The notes beneath the pieces are model-generated. The model worked only from the letters and a program-made list of their open reading frames with translations, did not search any database and was not told the DNA's origin. From Minutocellus sp. GHC0000111 (lineage: Eukaryota), in contig OZ361256.1 of the NCBI GenBank assembly GCA_977018835.1, forward strand, positions 2,542,001 through 2,606,000: DNA of 64,000 nucleotides, in the 5' to 3' direction. The translations under genes and the position numbers were made by a program. This document shows positions 33,101 through 43,013 of this stretch, one piece after another; position 1 is the stretch's first letter; each line of letters begins with the position of its first letter.

Positions 33101-33665
33101 GGGCGTCGTTGCGCCTCCATCTACATCTGGGCAGCAACCAAAAATCATTATTCCTGATCTCAGCATTGAGCTCGTGAGGGAGTGGTATCTATCTTATATT
33201 GATCTACTGCAACAAATGTGCCTCTTCTCTCAAGCAGCATCTCTCATCGGCACGTGCGCTGACCCCGTTGTTGGGGCTCTCAACCAGCAATCGACAACTA
33301 TCCACGAATCTTGTCCCAAGTGCGGCAAGCCTCTCGACAGTACTGCCGCTTCCAACGGGAAGGACGACGGTATCAAGGTCGGCCTTTCGACTCAGCGAGT
33401 CTGCAAACGATGCCGAGAGCAGGTTGGGCTGTGCTTCCTCTGCCATGAGGTTGTCAAAGGTATGTATGTTTGGTGCCCTGGCTGCGGACATGGGGGGCAT
33501 CTGCAGCACGCTTTGGAGTGGTTCGGCGGAACAGAGGATCAGCCTCCACAAGAATTGTGCCCTGTGGGTTGTGGTCACAGATGCAACTTGCTTCAGAGAC
33601 TTAAAGCGTTCCCCGAAGATGCTCAGACGGCCATGATGTGTGTTCCAATCGGTGGTGGGGAGTGA
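30165..33665 (+). CDS. WDR24: GATOR2 subunit WDR24/Sea2-like WD40 protein with C-terminal Zn/RING domain
   Basis: WD repeats (EHARAANRVAFHP, LLTASQDATVKLW, EAVRDIAWHP, LATGGGRDRSVKIWD); DVQSC; EWYLSYIDLL; C-terminal CxxC..CFLCH..VKG...WCPGCGHGGH...CPVGCGHRC. Confidence 0.85.
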   Translation: MTSNDRQNQPLEQQQQLAAAASNANANASTSSSNNSNPVVSTLPNKSPHPYSSVTLSPDRTHAVVAGKDALRVVSITPAGLSEQRSVRVSQYFAGQAQAQAQAKAAQQAAATRNAATHGDVRDAFVSPTAAAAAAAKAAASTSFAAAGAGANVTINDVAWSLPQNNNGSGQYYGSSASTGGGADNNGGGLGVGSGPRGAAEDTNVAMAAEDGANPSTATDTATVSSGDPFDNRSYSSHKAQHPPTNEDTLVAAAGSNGVVVVWKAETALLGKGGGGGGSGSSHQPKPHLPFHHHRGDASPASAATIGQPEAILAEHARAANRVAFHPTGRRPGLLLTASQDATVKLWERRATTSVGSQTSQKQQQKEKPKKKKKSWFGMSSSSGQESAAPVRSYSWHCIATFQPKAEAVRDIAWHPNNDDVFAMVTDNGTLLVYDIRVTVRPWVRFSVHAGEATTVDWHPTRKYYLATGGGRDRSVKIWDLENGLSLSKSNDNVETNSSSDTGGLAEDIAQPNSGSTSGRFVTLADSTATTRSIGSMGSNVSSLTWGPSMKRSFSTGPLRPKSSPIVKKHTLAVSAPVTRLEWRPEQSARRKSVMSEADYGAVDRHDAMVAVTTAPISGASAGGSGSISLWSWHRPFMPLSIVEGHKDGAVTDFVWLDTPPPTKDTTKAEEDALIGREVVEKMSLSSPPRASKHVDRLSVSLHNIRHPLFPEASEQDNTVDHWVDLSTVGTWQHVLSVGRDGNCLLQSLARGERPISRVPPSTFAIANLSPFQSGFGSLQIMSLHQDVPSGEQNDYKLTGLRRDEGTASAPGVFHEDAVTRSKDASRAREWNPKPGGQREPRQTPELLFSVTDQGDLDEFGAPLDHSQNIAVAPEVQHLSRFADAYRFHTDADYPSKVDLCVHNSMVAAGLQFDSLAHMWRMLASMLEGAGIENLSQVGNSPLPANPMTFILLPTIHKLLLGRADAGDVQSCVAICEVMGVVAPPSTSGQQPKIIIPDLSIELVREWYLSYIDLLQQMCLFSQAASLIGTCADPVVGALNQQSTTIHESCPKCGKPLDSTAASNGKDDGIKVGLSTQRVCKRCREQVGLCFLCHEVVKGMYVWCPGCGHGGHLQHALEWFGGTEDQPPQELCPVGCGHRCNLLQRLKAFPEDAQTAMMCVPIGGGE

Positions 33666-33977
33666 AGAAGTAAGCATTCCTAACTAGAAATAACAACAAT
33701 GTTGTGTAACTAACAAGATAAGAGGTAAGCATGTACAAGTTAGCTGTGACTATCTATCTGTGCGCCTACCCAAATACCTAGGTACGTCCTCACTCTCTTT
33801 CGCCATTGGTGCCATCGATATCTTCAATACCGCCGAGGCTCGCCATCGATGCATCGTCGGCGATGCTTGAGGCTCCATCTTCATGGTCGTTCCCACCGCC
33901 CATCGATACCGAGCCTTGAATCCCCGTTGGCACGTCGCCGGAGTCGCCGGAAGAAGAAGTGGGAGCGGATGCTGCTC

Positions 33978-34898
33978 CTACAGACCCGGAAGACCAAAGG
34001 CATCATCGACTGGGTCAGCAAATCCAACGGAAGCGGGCGGGGCCGAGAGCAACCCAGAGCCGCCATCTGGCTTCTTCCGGATTGCCTCGAGCATCTCCTT
34101 TGCGCGCTTCAGATCTGCTGGAGCAAGTTGGGAGGGCGGAGCCCATACAACCTTTGATAGCCAGTGTTCCGCCTTCACCGAGTCCTTTGGCATTCCCGAT
34201 GATCCCTCGTGGTATGCCCTACCAATGACAAAGGCGGCCAATTTCGAGCCCATACTGGCAGCCATGCCAAGATATATCGCTCCTTCCACTTCGTTCTTGC
34301 TGGTTCCATGACCGAGGAGGAGGTACATGCCACACTTTGCAAGTCCACGATTGTCGTTAGAATCTGCACACTTCTTGAACCAACCAAACGCTTGGGCTGG
34401 ATCGACCTTTAGCCCTCGTCCACCGGACTCATACAAACGCGCTAGTGAGTACATCGCATGAGCATCGCCCTTCTCGGCCTTTGCCCTCATTTGCTTGACA
34501 ACCCACCAATCTGGTGGCTCGGTTATGGCGCCAGATTCGAGAAGAGTAGTCATAGCATTGCGCATCTGTAGGGGACATGGTAAGAGGGTCTTCTCCATGA
34601 TTTGGTTGGTGACGGGAGATTTCAATGCCTTGCCTGAAGTTTCCGCGAGGCGGACTAGCTTGGAGATGGCCTCACGTTCGTAGACTCGGCCATCTGCTGC
34701 GAGGATGGGGTCTTCTGGGAGCTCTAGCGTGAGGGGACAAAGAAATTCTGCTTCCAGCTTCTTGGCTACGCTCCTTTGATGAGGATGCTGCGTGTCATCC
34801 GATGACATTAGGGTTAACTTTTGCCGCTTGGTATCGTCCTTGGTGTCTTCTTCTTCCCCTGCTAACCTCGCCCTTGTAAATCGACCTATTCCTGTCAT
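33978..34898 (-). CDS. U-box plus Sel1-repeat protein (putative E3 ligase)
   Basis: EFLCPLTLELPEDPILAADGRVYEREAI...SPVTN U-box; AEKGDAHAMYSLARLY..G..G Sel1 repeats. Confidence 0.85.
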   Translation of the reverse strand: MTGIGRFTRARLAGEEEDTKDDTKRQKLTLMSSDDTQHPHQRSVAKKLEAEFLCPLTLELPEDPILAADGRVYEREAISKLVRLAETSGKALKSPVTNQIMEKTLLPCPLQMRNAMTTLLESGAITEPPDWWVVKQMRAKAEKGDAHAMYSLARLYESGGRGLKVDPAQAFGWFKKCADSNDNRGLAKCGMYLLLGHGTSKNEVEGAIYLGMAASMGSKLAAFVIGRAYHEGSSGMPKDSVKAEHWLSKVVWAPPSQLAPADLKRAKEMLEAIRKKPDGGSGLLSAPPASVGFADPVDDAFGLPGL

Positions 34899-35155
34899 TG
34901 GCTTCGCTCTGTACGATCGTATTTTTTATCTACAGTACAGCCATTGGTTTTCTCCGCAAAGTGTTGAGATTGCAAGTGATTGATGTGATTTATTTGATTT
35001 TCGGCACAAATGAAGGGAATATTTGCTACGGACGATGATCTAACTAATGAGCGATAGGCATTCCTATCCTTACATTAGACAGGTTATGTAGATACTACTT
35101 AGCAGCATCGAGTCCTGGTTTCGCAACAAACCTCCCATTTTGGAATCTCCACTAT

Positions 35156-35897
35156 CTAGCCTTCTTTGTCAGCCCGGGCTTTCAGCTTGGCACCTTCCGT
35201 CGCCTGGCGCACCAAATCCTGATCCCGTGCAAATAGCTCCATAAGCACTGCATGGCTATCGGTATTGACCATCTGATCCGTCGGATTGCCGTAAGCATGC
35301 ATCGGCTGCTGCTGGAGGATTGACTGGTATTGAAGCTGCATGGGAAGAGCGTTCCCATCCGTCTGAGGCATGATATTGTACGGCAGTTCTCCTCCGATCT
35401 GGCCTGTAGTAGATGCTCCCAAATTGGGCTGATTGGGCTGCAGCTGTTGGACAAGAGCTGAAGCGGCTGCCGCGGCGGCGGCGGCGGCGCCGGGGCCTCC
35501 TGGAGGGATGGCAACCAACCCACCGCTTGCACCATCGGTGGCCAGTTTGCCCTCCTCGAGCTGTTTCTTCAGCATTGGCTTCCAGATGCGACGGCGGGCG
35601 TTGGTAAACCTGATACGTTAAAATAAGCAAAGAATGCGCAAGTAGGTGTTAGGTGGTCGTTGCACAGAGCAAAAGGTCAAGTCTCTTGACTTGCCGATAC
35701 GATCGTACTCACCAGTTCTTCAGCTGCTTGCTGTCAATGCCCGTCTTTTGCATCAGCATCGTCTGTTGCTGAGGAGTGGGATAGGGGTGAGCGAAATGCT
35801 CTGGGGATAGCATCCAAGCTTTTAGCGTAGCTACGGCTCCCTCCGGAAGTTGGGACTTTGACCCCTTCTTCGTTTCGCCTGATGCTCCTTCGTCCAT
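35156..35897 (-). CDS. TALE-class homeodomain transcription factor; exons 35897-35713 and 35609-35156
   Basis: LP..AVATLKAWM...HFAHPYPT...QLKNW|FTNARRRIWKP; a GTGAGT..TCAG intron splits the Trp codon of WFTNARRR. Confidence 0.9.
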
Positions 35898-36098
35898 GGT
35901 TGCAATGATCGATGTGATATGGCGAGGGATCACAGTCGCAAGGCAGCACCCACTCACCTGCAGGTAGGCAGGGAGTGCGAATGTGCACTTTAGAATTTCG
36001 TTTGAAAAAATAAAAATAAAGCAAATGCAGTTGTAAATATTTTTCGGCACTGCAGCCTTGTTTGGAATACTCATCCGCCGTAAAACAAAATACCAACG

Positions 36099-38708
36099 AT
36101 GCTCCCGCTACCACTGCTCGCCGCTGCTCTCCTCCTCACGACCTCGGCTTGCGCCACCAGTAGCTCAATCGATATCGCCACCGAGGTCAACGCGGCGGTG
36201 GACTCCGCAACGCTACTAGCCAAGCGTGAAATCGCTCAGCTCGAGCTGAATAGCGATGATGATCTGGCCCCACTCTTCATTGGTACAGTCGAGTCGACGC
36301 TGGGCGACGCAGTAGAAGCTGCCGCCAACTTTTCTCGGTTGGCATTCTTCTCCGATGCGACGGTGTCCATCGTCCCTACCTCCGAGCTCGCCGAGACGTC
36401 CTCACTCGAGCTCAGCACCCCCACTTCATACAATGATGACGAAGGATGGCTCAAGGAGGTCAAGACAAAGGTTGAGATGATTGGCAAATCGAGCGAGGTC
36501 GCAGAGGAAATGATCGAGGCTGCTCTCACGGCTCTGGATGAGTTGAAGAGTCAATCCACAGCAACCTTTGATCAAATAGCGGAGGAGACCAAGGTTGCCA
36601 TTCTCGCCCAGGCGTCGTCGGAGTCGGAGCAATATATCCAGTCTCCTCTTCAGGAACCTCGTGGTGACAACCGCAACGACTTGCTCACCCAACCAGCAAC
36701 ATGGAGGAACGCCGGCTACATCGTCGAGGATACCATCAGCCCCGAGGACGCCCTCCATGCCATCTCGTCCCTCCCGTTGTCATCGTATCGCATCCAAAAC
36801 GACGCGAAGAAAACCGCCATTGCTGCCCGCGGCCAATCGGCTGATCAGATGCGAACCCGTCGTCACATTGGGTACATTCCAGATGACGACGAGGGAAACC
36901 TGGAGGATGTCATGGAAGTACTGGCCCCATCGCATTCCAGTAGCGACAACTACACCCACATCGACTTTACCGATGCATCAATTCTGGCGTCCTTGAGCAT
37001 TGGAGCAACGAGGGCAATCGCTCATGCTACAGATGCAATCCACATCAAACTCAGAGCAATGGACAGTATCCTCCCGTCTCTGACTGCTCGCGTGGATTCC
37101 ATCAGGGAGCGCATCGAGAAGAGCGGAGACGGCGAGTACAAGAGCATCCGTCAACTCGCATATGAGGCACTTGCCCTGGAGGCTGAAGCATCATCCAAGG
37201 AAATCGCCATCATTTCTCACCGCCTCCAGCATTCGGTTCGGATGAAGGTGCTGGAGACCAAATCTACCTCCAAACTCCAAGTGCTGGAAGAGCAGACTTC
37301 ATCCCTGGAAAGAATCAATGCTGCTGAGGAGGAGGCATCATCGGCAAGGGAGATGCAATCCACCGATGCCGACGCCAGTTTGGATTGTGTCCTCGAGCAC
37401 ATCGGTGCCGTCCACTCGGTGGCAGCTCTGCGAAATGCAACGCAAAGGGAGCTTGAGCTGGTATCAGAAGCTGCCAATGCCGAGGCGAATAGTGAAAAGG
37501 CACGGATCAAGGAGGAAGCCAAATCGGAGCGCGACCAAGAGCAGGCCTCGTTGGAGCAAATCAACATTACCGGTGAAGAAACGCGAAAGCAAGCTGTGGA
37601 AGTGATTGCAGCTATTGTGTCTTATGCCCGTGATGGTTTGCACCACGTTATTTCCACTGCTGACGGCAAGTGGAAGTGCATTCTCATGGCCATGGCGGCA
37701 GCTGCTTTGGTCTTTTCCATTGCATCGGCCAAGGAATCGATATCGCTCATCTTTGCATCGATTCGGCGCTTCCTTACGACACCAAGTCTCATCCGAGAGT
37801 ACGGTCGGCAGCGATGGTACCAGCCTTTTGGCTACAGTAGACGCAACGAAGATGCATTTGAGGACGTAGTCCTGGCGACCAGAACAAAAGATCGCATAAT
37901 CGCACTTGCCAAGGCAGCACAGAATGCTCGGCGTTACGACGCACCGTTCCGGCATGTGATTTTGCACGGGCCACCAGGCACCGGCAAGTCGATGGTTGCT
38001 AGAAAGCTGGCGCAATGCACCGGGATGGACTATGCAATCATGAGCGGGGGTGACGTTGGTCCTCTTGGAGCGGACGGTGTCAGTCAGATCCACTCCATCT
38101 TCAAGTGGGCCAAGAGCAGCCGGAAGGGCCTCTTGCTCTTTATTGATGAGGCAGAGGCATTCTTAGGCAACCGTAAGCAGGCATCAAAGATGAGTGAACA
38201 CACTCACAATGCCCTCAACGCACTGCTCTACAATACTGGGGGCGAACGCAGGGACTTTATGCTGGTCCTGTCGACGAATCGGCCACAAGATCTCGATTCC
38301 GCGGTCCTCGATCGTTGCGATGAATTTATTTCTCTTCCGCTTCCCGACCTTGAGTGCCGTGAGATTCTTCTTGCCCAATACTTCAAAACCTTTGTCGTCG
38401 ACGAGGTCGCCAAGGTCAATGCACTTGCCGATAGAATTGTGTCAAAGGCCAAGGCGTTAGTTATGAAGCAGGAACCATTTCGCATCGAAATTGACGACGA
38501 TGTAATGGATTCCAATCAGTTGTCATCGTTTGCACTATCGATGGAGGGAATGAGCGGACGAGAAATCGGTAAGGTTATGATTGCTTTGCAGGCGGCGCTC
38601 TATTCTTCCTCTGACGGCAGACTTACCAGGCAAATGACGGAGAAGATTCTTTGCGGAAAGCTCCAAAAGCACCGTGCAAAGCTGGCCTTGAAGGGCAATT
38701 CCATCTAA
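36099..38708 (+). CDS. ATAD3-like AAA+ ATPase with signal peptide and long N-terminal extension
   Basis: PSLIRE, APFRHVILHGPPGTGKS, SGGDVGPLG, LLLFIDEAEAFL, TNRP.DLD.AVLDR and GMSGREI are ATAD3-family motifs. Confidence 0.85.
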   Translation: MLPLPLLAAALLLTTSACATSSSIDIATEVNAAVDSATLLAKREIAQLELNSDDDLAPLFIGTVESTLGDAVEAAANFSRLAFFSDATVSIVPTSELAETSSLELSTPTSYNDDEGWLKEVKTKVEMIGKSSEVAEEMIEAALTALDELKSQSTATFDQIAEETKVAILAQASSESEQYIQSPLQEPRGDNRNDLLTQPATWRNAGYIVEDTISPEDALHAISSLPLSSYRIQNDAKKTAIAARGQSADQMRTRRHIGYIPDDDEGNLEDVMEVLAPSHSSSDNYTHIDFTDASILASLSIGATRAIAHATDAIHIKLRAMDSILPSLTARVDSIRERIEKSGDGEYKSIRQLAYEALALEAEASSKEIAIISHRLQHSVRMKVLETKSTSKLQVLEEQTSSLERINAAEEEASSAREMQSTDADASLDCVLEHIGAVHSVAALRNATQRELELVSEAANAEANSEKARIKEEAKSERDQEQASLEQINITGEETRKQAVEVIAAIVSYARDGLHHVISTADGKWKCILMAMAAAALVFSIASAKESISLIFASIRRFLTTPSLIREYGRQRWYQPFGYSRRNEDAFEDVVLATRTKDRIIALAKAAQNARRYDAPFRHVILHGPPGTGKSMVARKLAQCTGMDYAIMSGGDVGPLGADGVSQIHSIFKWAKSSRKGLLLFIDEAEAFLGNRKQASKMSEHTHNALNALLYNTGGERRDFMLVLSTNRPQDLDSAVLDRCDEFISLPLPDLECREILLAQYFKTFVVDEVAKVNALADRIVSKAKALVMKQEPFRIEIDDDVMDSNQLSSFALSMEGMSGREIGKVMIALQAALYSSSDGRLTRQMTEKILCGKLQKHRAKLALKGNSI

Positions 38709-38731
38709 AAAATAAATAGAAGCCGTTTTCT

Positions 38732-40151
38732 TCACCTGGTTCTCCCCACTTTTCTCGTCCATTCTGTTGGGATATCGTGGATGGAGACCCTCTTCCCCTG
38801 CTTTTCGATGTGATCCTGCAGCAACATTTGGTATTGGTCGGCGGACGCAGCAAAACTCAGCTGTTGCAGAACAAAGGGAGATACAAGTCCATCTCGACAG
38901 CAGCGATTAAACACCACGTCGACAACCTGCCGCCTTCGCTCTTCTCCTCCCGGTATGAGCTTCGAAACAGCCTTGAGAAAGGTCGCAAAAGTGACATGAT
39001 CGGGCTCGGCGTATTTCTCCAGCATCAAAATGGCAGAGACTGCAATTAGAAAGGCTTCGATCTTCTCCTCAGCCGCCGTGGTATATGCGCAACAATTCAA
39101 ACATGAGTTGAAGGCTTGGACATTGGGCTTGGCCGACTTATTTCCATTCTTGTAGGCATCTTCCATTCGTTGAAGTATTGCGACCCCCTTCTTTGCCTTG
39201 TCATCGGATTCACTTTTCGCGTAAGCATTGATGCAGGTACAGTAGCTGTAGGAATCCGCAAGTTCCGCCGCCGCAACCTTCCCCTCCTTCCGTCGAGGCA
39301 GATACAGCGCCGACAGATACAAATTGTATCCCCGAAGGTTGGCCAATTGCAGCTCCTCGGCCCGTTGCAGCATGCTCTCCACGTGCTCCAATGCCTCGTC
39401 TGCCGCCGCCTTTCCCTTTCCATCCGCCACCACCTTGACCCATGCCTTGATGATCATGTTGATGCTGCGCGAATTGGGCACCATCCGCTCGCTTTGCAGG
39501 ATGCGCTCCGCCTGATGGATCGCGTCGTGTCTCCCCCGCCGGCACCACGCCTCGATGAGCAGATTGTAATGCTGCGTCGTGACCTGCGCGGCTGGGTTGC
39601 CCTCCGACTGTTCTCGCTGGATGCGCGCCAGCAACCGTTCGACGACGTGCGGGCTGTCGGCTCCGGGTCCGTGCTGCTGCTCTTCCGTGCTGGTATTAGA
39701 TCTATGTGGGGTGGTGCCGCTTCGGACCGATGCCGACCTGCGGCTGGCCCGTCGAGCCCAGGCTCGCATCACTGGTGCGACAAAGCCGATTCTGATTTCG
39801 TCGCCGATTGCCTCGTTTCGACGATGAGGTCGCACTGCTGTTACCAGTAGTAGAAGTATTAGACAAAGACGAAGTATCGCCCAGCAGACGGGACGTGCTC
39901 TTGACCAGCCACGACATTTCCCTCCGTTCTCTCTCCTCCATGACGTCGAGGTGGGGTGGTTCGAGAGAGGCAGAACTGGAGGTAGTAGCGGCCGAAGCAG
40001 TGGAGGGAGGGGCGTCATGAGAAGATGAAGATGATGATGGTGACTTCGAATGAGAGGAACCCTTGGTGCTGACATGTCCTGAGCTAAAGGCATCGGCGCC
40101 CAGGTACGAGGCGAGAGCCAGCGTTAGGAGCCACGGTGGGTTCCTCCTCAT
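38732..40151 (-). CDS. Plastid-targeted pentatricopeptide-repeat protein; apparent frameshift near 39817
   Basis: Presequence (GADA-F) and EMSWLVK in ORF 39702-40358; PPR motifs (HYNLLIEAW, SYCTCINAYAKS, KPNVQAFNSCLNCC, PDHVTFATFLKA) in ORF 38732-40093. Removing one A from AAA (plus-strand TTT 39816-39818) fuses the two frames. Confidence 0.7.
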
Positions 40152-40417
40152 GGTTGTCGAGAGACGACTGTCGAGAAATGGTCGGACGGACGCGAGAAAG
40201 GCTCTTTCCGCCGACCGGTTCTTTCCAAAGTCGAGTGAGTCACCTTGACTCACTCGACTTACTTGCATCGCGCACCTCTCAAAATCTCCCTCCGGGCCCG
40301 GCTCCAACACACCAGCCTCATTGATCCAGCAGCGGGAACTTGCTTCCTCCTTGCCCAACGAATCTTCTCATCGCCTATCGAGATATCGTCATATATTACT
40401 TGGTTTACTTATCCAAC

Positions 40418-42866
40418 ATGTCGCATCTGGTCCGGGCTCGGCCGGCGGCTGCCTCCATGGCGGCCCGAGCGTGCGCCGGAAGCAGCGCTAGCACTTCTTG
40501 TATTTCTTTTTCATCGGTCGGACCAGCTCATTCTTCTGCGGCGGCAGCACCAGCACCAGCACTCAACACTGCCGGTTCCATCTGTGCCTCCTCGAATTCC
40601 TCCTCATCAACTGTTTCAAGTGGCGGTGCGATTCCTTACGGATCTCTCCATGCTCGGTTAGGGTCTACACGCTCCTCTTCGTCTTCGTCATCAAGCAGCT
40701 CTCCCCTATCGGTACTGGAAAGTGCCGCCGCGCGCGCAGCAGGGGGAGACCGGCGGAGGGTCCTGTCGACCGCCGCTCCCGCCTCGTCTGCGGCGGCGGT
40801 GGATGACGGTGCAGACAAAGATGACGACGACGAGAATGACAACAATGACAACGGCAGCGAGAATGGGAATGAGGAGGAGGAAAATGTCCAGCAGCCGCTG
40901 GTCCAGGCCAGCGCGACGGTCGTCAAGCAGCAGCGGCTGTCCAAGGTGAGCACAACACATGCACTGATATAATAAATGAAAATACATGGCAACTCATACA
41001 TGCATGCATGCAAATGGAGTTATTGTGTATTCACTTGGTGTGAAGATTTGATTGTTGATAGATATGCATGTGCAGGGTGCATTTATTTGAAGGCACAAAT
41101 CGTTCCCGCATACCTGTACATTCTCCATACATACTAGAGTACTATATTCTCATCATGTTTGTTCATTTGTCTTGACTTGCTTTGCTTCACAGGTACCCAT
41201 AAAAGAGGTCCTCAATGCCAAGCACACATTGCGGTGGGTCGAGCCCGTCATTTGCCAGCACGCCAACATCAAGGAGGCCATATCCGTGGCCATCGAACGG
41301 GGTCTGTCGGGCATGATGGTCGTCGATCGTGATTCCACCACGTCCACGACGCTGGAACGGAGCAAGGTGGTCGGTATGACCACCTCGCGCGATCTACTGC
41401 GGGTGATGGACGCTGGCTTCAAGGAGGGCAAGGAGGCCAACGAACTGGTGGAAAAGACCGTGAGAGAATTCATGACGCCGCTCAGTCAGGTCATTTACGC
41501 CCGGCCGGACGAGACCATTGGCACCTGCCGGACCATCATGGCCAAGTTGGGAGTCAAGTGCCTCCCCATTTTGTCGCAGGGGAGGGTGGAGGGCCTCATC
41601 ACCGCGCGGGATATATCGGAATACGGCCTCGAGGCCAAGGAGGGGGCCAGCGCCCGCGGCGGGAAGAAGAACTACCTCAAGCACGTCAGCGAACGCGTCG
41701 GCCTCAGCGTCAACACCAGCATGGCCGAACCGCCGGCCTACCTGCAAACGCAGCTGGCCATGGAGTCCAACCCCCTCTTCATCAACGTGGGCATCGCCGA
41801 AATGCCCCACCCGTTCAAGACGCCGGAGAACTGCGGGATGAATGCCCGCGATCATGGGCCGAGGGATCACTCGACTGACCCTGACCTATCGGAGGATGCG
41901 CACTTTGTTTGTGAGGTCGATCTGCCCGATGATACGGCGGGGACCAACGGGGAGGTATTCAAGCACGTAACGTACATGGGCGTGGCGGATGGAGTGGGCA
42001 GCTGGAGAGAGTATGGAGTTGACCCGCGGGAATTTAGCCATCGGCTGATGGAAGAGTGTGAAAAAATTTTGAAGGAGGGATCCCAGAAGGCCAAGATCGA
42101 TCCGTCGAGCCAACGTATCATTGCCCCCGCCGAGGTTTTGGCGCAGGCCTACGAGCGAGTGAAGGAGGCCAATGTTATCGGCTCGTCCACGGCGTGCGTG
42201 GCCGTGTTTGACAATGCTCGGCATCAATTGCACTTTAGCAATCTGGGCGATTCTGGCATCATTGTGCTGCGCCACATTGACTCGGATGTTGCCGGATCGC
42301 TGAAACGCGATCGGACGACGCCCCGGGAAGATCGCAAGTCCGACCTACGGGTGGCATTTGTGTCGCAGCAGCAGCTCCGCTCCTTCAACCACCCATACCA
42401 GTTCGGCTGGACGGGAGAAGAACTCAAGGACGACGAATCATCCTTCAAGACGGCGGCAGATTCTTGCAACACGTCCATCCATATTCGGCGAGGCGATATT
42501 ATCGTCATGGCGACGGACGGTCTCTTCGACAATGTCGATATTGATGATATTGCCAAGATTGCATTGAAATGGGAGCAAAAGAATGGATTTATTCGAGGTG
42601 GAGACATTGCCGCACGCGAAAAGCGTTGGTCGATGGGCAACAGTATGAGCGTCCAGTCATGCGAGACATTGCCGGAGCTGGCCCGGTCGCTTTGCGAAAA
42701 GGCGAGAGAGAACAGCTTGGACAATACCGTTGACTCGCCCTTTGCCATCCTTGCCAAGGAGAATGATATTATGTGGAGCGGTGGAATGCCGGATGATTGC
42801 ACGGTCATTGCACTGCACTGTGTCGGCCGCCGAAGCGATGATATTCTCGATCGGTCTAATAATTAG
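40418..42866 (+). CDS. CBS-pair plus PTC7-type PP2C phosphatase, probably mitochondrial; exons 40418-40945 and 41193-42866
   Basis: GTGAG..CAG intron is in frame; CBS motifs (VVGMTTSRDLL, LPIL..GRVEGLITARDI); PTC7 motifs SEDAHF, GVADGVGSW, GSSTACV, NLGDSG, ATDGLFDN and GGMPDDCTVI. Confidence 0.85.
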
Positions 42867-43013
42867 TCTACATTTTTTCTTACAGTAGGGAGGCTGCAGT
42901 AGATTGGAACGTGTAGCTCGTATCTGCAATTGGTATCTGCTGTCATTTTGCTCCTCCCAGGTGGATTGGCGTCATTTTAGGTACTTTGTAACTTTGGTCA
43001 ACAAGAAGAAACT

